From Tubiluchus corallicola (lineage: Eukaryota; Animalia; Priapulida): a stretch of 64,000 nt of DNA. The notes below the pieces were generated by a model. That model searched no databases, was not told the origin of the DNA, and worked only from the letters and a program-made list of their open reading frames with translations. The translations under genes and the position numbers were made by a program. Location of the stretch: the NCBI GenBank assembly GCA_030141605.1, contig JAQGDQ010000052.1, positions 496,001 through 560,000 on the forward strand, given 5' to 3'. Position 1 is the stretch's first letter; every line of letters starts with the position of its first letter. This document shows positions 13,467 to 25,800 of this stretch, one piece after another.

Positions 13467-16400
13467 TTCATATGAGAATGAAAACTCTACCTTATTATCA
13501 CCATTAATTGTTCATTATTATGATATACCAGAACTTATAGTCATGTATGCACGAATGCAAGTTAAATTAATAATGTGAACTTATAGAATGTATAGAAAAT
13601 TAACTGTATGAAAACTTATCGTGTTTTGATTTGTTTATTTTATCCTTTCTATATTGACTGTGTATATATACAGTGTGTTATTTCCAAAATTGACTCACTA
13701 GGCCTTACTATTCGTAAAAAATTGGCCACATAGAACGCGGCCTATTATTATTATCCTATCCCAACTGACAACAATAAAAGAATACATTTTACGGTGCATC
13801 GTAAAAAGAAGAAAAAAGAATATTGTTTTTTTACAAACACGCTGTTGAAAATAAGATGTGCTGTGAAATTCCTAAACTTAGAACAATAATACCCGAAGCG
13901 AGGTAGGCATTTAATGTGAGGTAAATGAACCGAGTGGAGCTCTCGGTGTGTACTTTGTGATCAGAGTTAAACAATGCCAAGGCCGATCAGCGAATACAAA
14001 GTGCACAATCAAGTAAAAATGGGAGTATAACTAGAGGCAAACAGTAAGACTCTTTTCATGACCAATTTTTATTTTTTAACAAATTACCATCAATGGTTTC
14101 TTGCAGGAAGCCCATACAGATTCTCTAGTGTTATAAATTTGGCAAATAGTTTTCTTGCTGCAACCAACAAAATTTCTGTTTATTTCCCTGTTCAACAGAT
14201 GACAAAAAATTTATTTTACCTTTTGGGGAAATTTTTGGGATCCATCTTGGAAATACTTCATCAAAATTTGTTTCGCTGCAATTACCTAACCTACTTCAAG
14301 GTGACCGTATTTAAAAGATATGCCTATTACAAGCCAAATTAGTTATAACAATTATAGCTTTGGACCTTATTTCACGTTCTTGCATTCTAACCATGCAATA
14401 TTTGCAAAAAGGTTATTATTTTTGCCCATTTTTCTTTAAAAGGCAAAACTACTATAATGTAAAATACTAAAATGTATATTACCAATGCTGACTTTTTAGT
14501 CATAACTAAAAAATATGCTTTTCAATTTAAAATGTGCATTTGTACTTCCTAAAATATAAAAAATGGGAGTCTAAAGCTGCGCACTACAAAACATTTCCAG
14601 GTGCCACTAGTTTTAAAACCAGGGAATGATTGATCATGTCCTTTTTAGAACTAAGCAACAAAACCATTCACGACGTATTTCTCTGTTAGAATCTAATTTT
14701 TAGAATAAAAAATTAGACGCAAATTTTGCAATTCAGTTATAACGTTGAATCATTGATAAAGCTGGATAACCAACCCTGAAATCAATCCATTTATGTCAAA
14801 TGGTCGCTGTTGCAGGATTGGCTGGAAAATTTATGTATTTTATTAATGGCATCAAGAAAAGTTAACGTTGTAATCACTGCAATTAATGTACAATATTATC
14901 CTGGTTATTATTATTTAGGTCTTGTAGACAAAGTATATGTCTTGGGTGTCATGGCAACATATGTACAGGCAGTCATTCTTGAGTAGATTAGATTACATTA
15001 AAATAAATTTGATTTGATTTGGTTTGGTTTGACAAGATGATATTAGATTAGATTTTATTTGATCAAACTCATACTTATCTCCCTACACATACACAACAAA
15101 TATGTGCAAGTACATCAGAAAAGAATGCACATCCATTTAGTTTCTTCGAATTAATATTAAATAAATAACTCATGTTCACTCATGGTCTAAAATGCATCAG
15201 TTGACAAAAAAATGCGTACATGCATTGTACATCACGTGAAAGTTCTAAAAACATTCCAAACTAAACTGCTATGGCTAACTTTATGATGCACGGGGTTAAA
15301 TTTCATCTTTAATGAAAAATGTGTAAAACATCCATTCTATATTATCCGAATGCTTCTGCGAAACAATTGACCATGTGAGTTTACTCTACCTCACAACATT
15401 TTGATGGTCGGGTAACAAATAATTAATTCATTTGAACCCTCGTGACGTTTTGATTAATCCTATGTAAAAGTAACAATGTACAATCTGACCGTGTACTTCT
15501 TCGTTGGGCTTTTTAAGGATATTCTATCCTTACACCTTTTTTGTGAAGGATATTAGCTTGACAAGAGTAATTAAGCAGATCATTGTTACTGTACAGGTAC
15601 CGATCAAATCATGTTAAGGACCTGGTTAGTAAATAGATAAGTGACTGCTTGAAAATCCATTTTCTTTCATGAAAGTGAAACTGACCAGAGTTAAAAATGT
15701 GTGAGATTAACAAACTGGTGCACAAGAACCGCAAGTGAGGTTCAGTTGTAGGTGCCTTGCAGTTCAGTTGTGGGCGCCTCATCTTCAACGCATAAGACTT
15801 GGCAGGTCTAGGACTTGATGGATCCGAGGGCTTTTTCATTAAATTACCATTTCTTATATAGCAATCAAGCAAGTTGCCAGCTTGGTAAAATAAGTAAAGA
15901 TATTATGCACAACAACGTGATTTTTTTCCTTATCTTTGTTCTCCATAAAAAACAGCAAAGCGCTTTATTAGAAATCAACTACAGCAAATAATCAACTTTA
16001 TAAAACTCAACAAGTCACAAGTATAACAAAATTGACAAATATCAAACAACCTAAAAAACAGCCCAACAGCGCAGTCAATTCCAGTACAGAAATTTTCAAA
16101 TTCTGATTTCTCATGCTAACTGTATAAATTTATCATGTAGTTCTTGCTATATCCCAAATACAGTACTTACATCCTGCAGACTTCATCTAGTGCATCCAAA
16201 AACTGGTTTACTTTTGAAAAAGAAATGGTACTTTACAAATTAAGTAAAATGTCATCAACTGGTTAGAAGATGATTTACAGAGATACGTAATGAAAGTTAC
16301 CTATGGCAAAGTGTAACATTTTTATTGCTGTGTAAAGAACTTAGATAATTATATTTTTATACGAACAATACACTGCACGTACTTCACAAGTTATGCTGTT

Positions 16401-16729
16401 ACAATACTGTCATCACGATACTGAATAGTTACATATACTTCTTACTTTTTGCATGTTCAGACATTAGATTTCACATGCTGCAAAAAATGCTAAATCACAG
16501 CTGACGAGTTTTTTATTAATGTAAACATGTAATTTACTCAGTTTAGATTAACAGTTTTAATATCACTGCAAATCTTCAATAGTCACCAGTGCGAGGCAAA
16601 AAGAATTGAGAGATTAGTTGTCATAATTTATAAATTACTTGGCAAACAAAATACGAACATTAAAAAATTTTAGAACAATAAATTATTGCCACAATGATAT
16701 TTTACCTAAATTTGTCCTCATACCTCGTA

Positions 16730-16849
16730 TCAAAAATAGTGCTTTATTACTTGAATAACGTATCGAACCCAGATGGGAACGTAGCGGTCAGGACGAATAA
16801 AGGTTTCTGCCGTTACCTCTGAAGTGAATGAGTAAAGATGTTCTTGTTC
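16730..16849 (-). CDS. PGS1: PGS1 last coding exon
   Basis: EQEHLYSFTSEVTAETFIRPDRYVPIWVRYVIQVIKHYF-stop, which resembles the metazoan PGS1 C-terminus. Confidence 0.92.
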   Translation of the reverse strand, partial: EQEHLYSFTSEVTAETFIRPDRYVPIWVRYVIQVIKHYF

Positions 16850-19800
16850 CTATAAAAAAAGCCACACTGTGTATACAAACTCATGTAATTAGTATCATAT
16901 CTCACACAGCTGCCAGTGAAATAAATGCTAATTATCATGTCTGTTTTCGTAGAAAGTCATTGCAAGTAATGACACCCGAAGGACTTGTTACACCACAATT
17001 CATTAATTTGGTTGGTTATGGCAGTGCTGGTTTAATTAGTTGCAGTTGTAAATTTTGTAACATTAAGCAGAAACTGAACCACATTTACATAGCTTGGCAT
17101 CACATGCACTTAAAAAAGCACATTGTAGTTATAAATAGTCACAAATATTTAAATTCATGTCTATGAAAAAAGTACACTTTGCAATTCAAATTCCAAAATA
17201 ATAATAACTACTTCTTGTGTCACATTACAGCTAAACTATATGGCAAACTGCACCCTTGGAAAAAATGCTACAACATGTGTTAAGCAAACAGTACTACAAG
17301 CAGACTTATGGAACAAAAAAGAAATATTTACTCAAAAAATGAGCTTGGGTGTTGCTATAGTAGTTAATTTTCTAACACAAGAGTTTGCTGATAGAAAACA
17401 AACTCGAAAACATCGAAAACACACAAGAATTTGGACTGAGCGTCTTTAGAGTACAGGGAAAGCTGCTTAACCAGGCAAAGTATGTTCCAAAGAGAAATTG
17501 AAATTAGAATCTGCAATGCTTAGAATAGACGTCTAACAGGTAAGGTGTCGCTGCAACAGTCCCCTTGTTCAAATGCATGTTCTGCTTTCACACTTCCATT
17601 ATTTTTAAATTTGGTGTCAAAATCAATATTGTAACAGCAAGTTTATTAACTGATGATCTTGAAACTAAAATAAGTGTTATTTTGAAAAAAATCTAGAAAG
17701 GAACTCTAAATTAATAATTCGGTCATCCTATCGCCAAGTTTCGGGCAACCAAAATCTTAAAACTCAAATTACGTCTATGATAAATACTATAAAACACAGC
17801 TTTAGCAGCAATGACCTATGTTATGACGGATAATCTCATACAATTGTTTCCAGAAGAAAAAACAACACCCATTTTTTCCTGCAACACCACACTGCATACT
17901 TCTAATTAATTCATCGTGCAGAGAACTGGCATTCATTGTTGTAAAAATACAATTTTTATCACTGGCTAAATCTTGTGTCGTAATTCTATGTCATAGATGG
18001 CATTCAGTAACAAAATATCACATTACTCATTTCAGAAGAATACACGTGAACAAAACTTGAGTTATTTAGAATCAAAAACAAAATCTTATAATCATTACAG
18101 TGCAATAACAGGCTAAATGTAAATGTAATATGTAAACATTAAGATTTAAAGACAGTTAAATAATGAAAGGTATAAATAAGCTAATACTGCAGACTTCAGC
18201 ATTACTGAAGGTTGATACAAAGTTACAGATTATGTCAATAAAGTTGAAATAATGGCCACCAGCAAAGTGCAATGCCAATGATGGTGTTTTTCTACAATTA
18301 TTATTTCAAGCCCACCAAGTAAGAAGCTTTATGTTTAATGGAACAAGACTAGCACTTACGTTCCATCGCAAGGTTAGATCATCATTTCAGAAAATTGCTG
18401 AGTCAATAAGTGATTTGCTTGCACATGTGGTAAACAAGCCCCACATACCAGTTTTATCAAGTGTTTTCTTTTGCTGGCGAAAAGCATATAGGCACTCTGA
18501 TAACCACGGAAACAAACTCTTGAGCTAAAAACTCTAGCAAGTCCTTCACTCACTATATCAGTCCAGCGAATTTTAACACACGAGGAAAGAATTAGATATT
18601 CCATGGTTTACAGAAAAATCCAGTTTTTCAATGAATCAACACTGCCAAATGACTAGGGCTGAGCAGGGCAGTCATATTTAGTACATTAGTACATAGCCTG
18701 AATAGTCCAATCAATTCTCCACAAAAACTTGCAGATTTATGGGCATTACAAGACACGACTCTATGACAATAATGAACCTCGAACGCATAACGAACGGATT
18801 AGATGAACAATTCCTGAAGAAAAATCATTAGGAATTGTTTGTACAGCAGTGTTTAGTCAAACAAACATTTACATACCACTATTGCACAGATATGATCGAG
18901 ATTAAACATTTTTTAACACAAAATTAACTGGCCACGTCGGCACTGCTACTTTTAGCAAAACTGATGAATTTGCAAAATTACAGATGTGACAAGGGCACTA
19001 CGCCTACCACAAATTAACCCTCACAGATACTGTAACTCATAAGCAGACACGAGTTTATCATTAGCACAAGATGTAATATCTCAAAAAATAGAATCGTAGC
19101 AGATTTTTTTTAGTTAGATGGATTACTTTTTCTGTAAACAAAAAACAAAAAACAAAACATGTAAAAATTACAAGCCATCACTATTGAAAATTAAGCAGCC
19201 ATTGGCAGTTGCTTACTTACTAGGCTCATCAGATTATCAGAACTCAAATGCACCCTCAACGAAGCGCTCTTATCATGATCTGATCTGTCAACTTCATAAT
19301 AATCCCATAGTACAAGAAAAGTCGCAGCCCAATAAGAACAAGTCTAATGGGTATAACCTTGGTACATTTCGCAAATATTGTTTGGTTAAAATTAGCAAAA
19401 CTGAGCATGTCTTAATGACTGCTGTGCAGAAAATTACCTTGTGCAGTTCTTCCTGGAGTTGTACATTGTCAGTAACTATGGCTAATTGTAGCTCAGTGTC
19501 ACGGTGAACAGATCTGTAACCTTAAATAAAAAATGTAATAGAAAAGGTTAACATCTGAAAATCAGTATCAAGGTCTACCATGACTGATGATGGGTAACAT
19601 GAGGGGGGGCTCCTTTGAAGTCTCTTTTCATTAAAACTTCTTTCTTTACTTCATCTGTATACTAACGCAAAACTTGACATTATCGTGTTAGATTTTTTAC
19701 CATTATTTACCAAATAAACCTTAAAAAGATAACTATCTCTGTGTTTGAAGAGATAGGACTGGACTACATTGAATGGATGTGTCAATGTACTGAACTATAT

Positions 19801-22800
19801 TCTATCTAACAACAGAGTCAAACTCCAATCAGACAGGGGAAATCGACATAGCCAGATTTACCAATTTACAATCAGACAATGACAACTGATGCAAATGACT
19901 TTACTGAAATACACTAATTTACTGAGATAAGTGCAAACCCTTTGCAGAGTTTTCATACAAATCTTGAAGCACAAATGGAGCAAATTAGGAAAACTTTGAA
20001 ACAACACGATATTTTACTGCAATGCTCTTTGCTTTAAAATGTTTAATAATACGCAATGAGCAAAAAATTATGAAACAAAGTAATTCGGCATTAAACTTTT
20101 GCACCAAGTTTAAAGGTCAAATTTCCCAGTAATATTGTTGAGCTGAAAATGCTATACTATACTTGAGCGACTTCAACTTTGTTGGGTTTAACGCCCTATC
20201 ATTGCTTGATGCCAGTCAATGCAAGTGCTGACACCTGGCCTTATATTTTTTTCAATCCTCAATTAGAGAAGATTTAGAAACAGCACGTTATGGTCAAGTT
20301 AGGTGTAGTTTGACACAATTAGTACCCAATAAGAGCTAATGCAGGCAGTTTTTCTGAATTTTCTCAGAATGATAACAAATTAAACAAATTTTTACCAGCG
20401 ACAAGGGATTCTTAGTATATCGTCTAAATAGCCATGAAATTACTGCTTGATGGTAATGACCGTATCATTCTTTCCTCACAAATTTGCGATAAAAAATTTG
20501 AGCACAAAATTTTCACGATTCAAAGTTGCCTTGAAAATTTATTTTGATTTTCAGCATTCAATCCCTATAAGTGAGCAACTTACTGTATAGTACTATCAAT
20601 GCAAAACAATTTTTTTACAGTAATATGACAATGTGTCCAAAACTGTACAAATTAGTATGAGTTTGTCCAAGAGAACGTGTCCATTCATTTTCCACTACCT
20701 GTCTGCTACACTCACACATGCATGCCTAGTTAGTTAGTTAGTTTTATTGACCACAGGATAGCAGGTCCAACAATAGCATAACAAAACAATAATAACTGAC
20801 ATAATGCATAACAGGCACACAGTCTAACTTAACTTAATATCAAAATGAGATACTCGCAAAAGCTAAGTATAGACATACTATATAAATGGGTATGTTCAAG
20901 GTTTCAACTTGAGTATTTAAATTTTGATAATACATTGTACGTTAATTCACAAATAATTTTGGGTCTAAATTCCATAAAGTATCAACATCAATAACTGTCT
21001 GACTTATGTGTGTAACACGTAAATTCTCAGTTACTGCGCAATTACACACTACGTTCTTCAGTTTGAACACTTGATCCACAATCATAAACTCGCAAATCAC
21101 GATCAACATGAGACCAACGCCCAGTTTTAACTCGTAAGGAATGTGAAATAAGTCTTACGTGAGAAAAAAATACGTGTATGTTCAGAAATACTGTTATTAC
21201 TATAGACTGGATGGACACTTAAATTTGGATTTAGTTCAGTTCAATAAGTAACATTTTTGTTTTATCTGATGGCAATGCACGTGTTTTGATTTTCTGAAAG
21301 TCATCATCACGATTGGTGGTTGTATCTAATAACCTCTTAACATAATGGCACTGGGGTGTGTTCGTACCTGCACACATAGCTCATGTCATCATAATTGGGT
21401 CATCAAGAATTTGTTCTCTTTTATTAAACATTTTTGAAAAAAATTATATTGCACTTGTTTGAAAATTCCATTAACTAAAGGATACCCTAACTCGATCATG
21501 TAAAGATCATTTGTTGTTGTTAGACTAACATCTAAAAAAGCTTTCATTGCACTCATATAAATAGTCTAGACAGGTTTAAAAGACTCTGTCAGCCAAATTC
21601 ACAGCTACAAAGTATAGCTGCCATTAGTGCAGCATTGAAAACCTTTTTCTTGACTATAAATGGAAAGTCAACATTTTTGTGCACAAAAGAGACGAATTTA
21701 AGAAGGTGAGAATATTTGTCTTTAACACGAGCTTCAACTGCTGAAGTAACATGACCATCAGATGTAAATACTGCTCCTAGATAAACAAATTTAATAGCAC
21801 CTTATATTTCAAATTAAGCTGTCTCACCAAAATTTGGTGATCCAATGAGAGTCATGCATGGCAGGTTCTGACCCGGCAAGTAGTACCATAGTCCTTTAGC
21901 ATGAAATGTCCAATTTTCACGCAAAAATTCCTGAAATTAATAAACAGACGCAGTTGTATGTGAAAGCTTAAAGCATTATACTGAGCTAAGCCTATAAAAT
22001 TTGAAAGATTATCAACAAATTTTCAAGATAGTTTCTGAAATTAAATGTACTTTAGGCACTTCCTTAAATCACAAGATAATGAATAATGAATTCTTATCAC
22101 AAGTCCTAATTATTATGTTGACCTAATTACAGGCTTTTAGTCTACCTGTACGTTGCGTTTCAGCACGCACAATAATGTAAGGGAATGCAGTACAGTACCA
22201 TAAATTACACATGGCACCATCGATGCAAACTGGAATAACTGGAAGTGTGGAGGTGAAAGTACATAAAAATAGAGTAACCCCTAATTTTATATTGTAGCAG
22301 ATGGTCACTAATATGTAGGTGACTGTCTAGGATGAACTGAAAGCTTATATCGCATACTTAATATAAGACCTGTATATATCAATATATAATATATACAACA
22401 GATCATTAATATCAATGATTGTGGCAGGAATAGGAACGAGCACATTATCAGGGATAATAAACTGAGATGAGATGCTGAACCAGCAGAGGTAGACATGACT
22501 GTCATATTCATGATCAATGTTATCTTCCAGAAAAACTGGTCTAATTCAATCGTCAAAAGATTTCAAGTCACCTTTGAGGAAAATATGTGCATTATTACTA
22601 ACGATTCTGTTCAACAGAACTAATCTAACCATGAGAATGTTTTCAACTGTTGATGATTCTCCCAACTGAACCAGTTTATGTTTCTAGAAATCTAGGAAAT
22701 GTTACCTATAGGCATTTCAACACTGTGATAGACCTGTACTTTTGCACAAGTTTACGTCTAGACCAACACAAATAAGTGATTCAAAATTAGCTACATTACA

Positions 22801-25800
22801 ACAACATTACATTACACAACAAACATAACGACATGACAATGACACTAATAATGTTGATGAAGTCCTCAAAAACCCAAAAAAAGCATTGTACACCATAAAA
22901 GGTTTTCTGCATAGTACTGGCAATTGAAGGTAGTCTTATATTTCTTAGTTTGTTGTTTAAACCAAATTTTTAAATGCTTCTAATTAAGTTACTGATAATT
23001 AAGATAAACGACAATCTTTATATCTAGTAAGTGCGGACACAAATAAAAATAATACAGTGCTGTAATTAAAAGTATCATTTGCATGTTTGAAATTAAGCAC
23101 TAACATAAATATAGCCTTTAAAAATTAATGTAACCCGCAGTAACAGTGAATGACTTCAAGTGACCAATGCATTGAGCTGATCAATTAAAGATACTGGTAT
23201 GACAATAGACGTAGCAATCAATGTGAAAACCACATCTGCTATCATGCCATCAAACAACATACTAGATACCTAAGCTAGACAAAATGTTCACATGGGTTAT
23301 TGTGTACTCTGCAGTGACACGGCTTTCATGTTGGCAAAAAACAGGCAGTAATTAGCAACTTAACTAAAAAACATCACTTTTTTTACAAGATATCATAACT
23401 CTGTGTTCTGTGGTGCATTTTTCAATTTATAACAACTACTACTCAAGAGACAGCTGCATTTCCACGTTACTGTCCTGTAATGATATTATGAACACAGCAA
23501 AAAGTATTGGCGAAATGAGACAAAAATAAAAAAAAATTGTGATATAATCAAACAATGCGATTTCGTGTCCTTGTGCGCTGCTACTGCTTTGTATTTGTAT
23601 TTTCAACAATGACGATGATAATTACACTGAGACTGCTGTCACCAGTATCCAGAGTTTTACAGAGAGATGTAAGGAATGTTTTTACGTTTCCCATGAGGTA
23701 TGCAGCATTAGTATTTCAAAAGCTGTTGATATAAATTTTCTTTTAAAGTGATATGCAACAGGATCAGTTAACGTAATGCACAACATATACACAAAAATAT
23801 AACTTAAAAACCATTGTAACCATGAACAAATGAAATTTTATTATGTTTGGTACAGGGATATTTCCAAAAATTTGATAAGAACATATTAACTTAAATGAAT
23901 TATTATTATAACTGATATTTGGTTGTTTGCATAATTATTTTTATTGTAACTAATTGTATGATTTTTTTTATTTCCTTTAACTTTATTGCAAAAAGCACTG
24001 ATGTCTTCAGATGGCATGTGTTTTTAAGAATAAACTACTATTGTTATTATTATTATTATTATCATCATTATTATTATTATTATTATTAATATTATTATTA
24101 TTATTATGTATTTTAGAAAAATGTGCTCTAAAAAGCCACTGCATCTTATTGGAAACTTAACGCAGAAGATTTTGACTACAAAACAAACTCCAGTAGTTCA
24201 TTCAGGTGGACGCTATGCACCCTCTAATTGCTTAGCTAGACACAAAGTTCTTGTTATAGTACCATACAGAGATAGAAAAGAAAATTTGAAAGCGTTAGTG
24301 ATGCATTTACATCCGATTCTACAACGACAACAACTCAACTACCTAATTCTAGTTGCAGAACAATATGGAATGGAAACATTTAATAAAGGAATAATTATGA
24401 ATGCTGGATTTAAAGAAGCATCGAGGATATTTAATTTTACGTGTGTTGTGTTTCATGATGTCGATCTTATAGCCGAGGATGACCGTAACATGTACAATTG
24501 TTCTGAGCAACCTCGACATATGTCGCCTGCAATAGATAAATTGAATTATAGACTACCATACAAAGATTTAGTGGGTGGCGTTCTAGCTATAAAGAAAGAT
24601 CAGTTTAAAATGATAAATGGCTATTCAAACATGTATTGGGGTTGGGGTGGAGAGGATGATGACTTAGCTAAGCGTATCAAGCATCTGGGGTTGAACATCA
24701 CACGACCATCAATGGATATTGGACGCTATCGAGCATTACCTCACGACAAGCGTAAAGCAACAAGATACAAACACACACAACAGCTTATAAACTCCACTGT
24801 TAAACGATATAGGACTGAAGGACTGAATTCTATAAATTACACTCTAAAAAGTCTGGAAAAGCGACAGTTTTACACACATATTCTAATTGATGTAGGAAAG
24901 CCGCCACCTGATGTGAAGCAAGACGTAAATATTACGAGAGTATTAGAACATCTTCACAAATACAGAATGCCAACGTTACTGTTACGCAGACGTGTTATTA
25001 AACCTTTTCGAAAGAAGTCACCAGTAACTCTAATAAAAACAGAACACAAAGTAAAAAATTTAATGAACCAAATAGCGAAAGTGTAAATTCATGTTTCACG
25101 ACAACAGTTTTGCAATTTTAAATTTGACACCATATCAAAGATTATAAATGTCATAATCCCTACACTACATTAACGTAAATTAATGACTGCAGTAAATTAG
25201 TATTGATTAAATTATTTTACCAGTCTAAACTATTGACGTATTCTATAAGCTAGATGCTGTAATATGTGTTAGATAGCTAAGTTGAGCTAACAACAGTCAA
25301 CGTCTAAAATGATTAATAAGTTATCACATAATTATAAAGTTGATTAATTCTAATTTGATGTTAATTTAACATGTTTTATATGATATTCTTTGCCTCTAGT
25401 AAATATATAAGATGTTATTTACAAACCGTGCAGCAAAATTATACAACTCAAAAAACTATAATATGGCTCATATCTAATGTGGTGTGGCTTGTGCACATAA
25501 GAGTGCAGCACACTGCTATTGAAGAAATACAAAAAAATAAAATAGTTTCACATTAATTAGGGCCTACCTTAGACACCTCATTTCATATTTTAATAAACTA
25601 TCATGTTAAGCACTTTCAATTTGTATTTCATGAACTGAAAACTACTTTTTGATTACAAACCAAGACTAGGATATACTTATTGAACTAAGAGAGAACACAA
25701 CCTAAATTGACTACTGCTCTGCCCACTAGATAGCATATGACATGATATTCAATTTCATATCCAAAAGAGACAGAAGGGCAGACAAACTAAGAGAGATAAT

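Noticed and set aside
21880-21910. Second PLD motif lacks the Asp (HAKGLW)
   Set aside because: This is normal for eukaryotic PGS1 and does not indicate inactivation.
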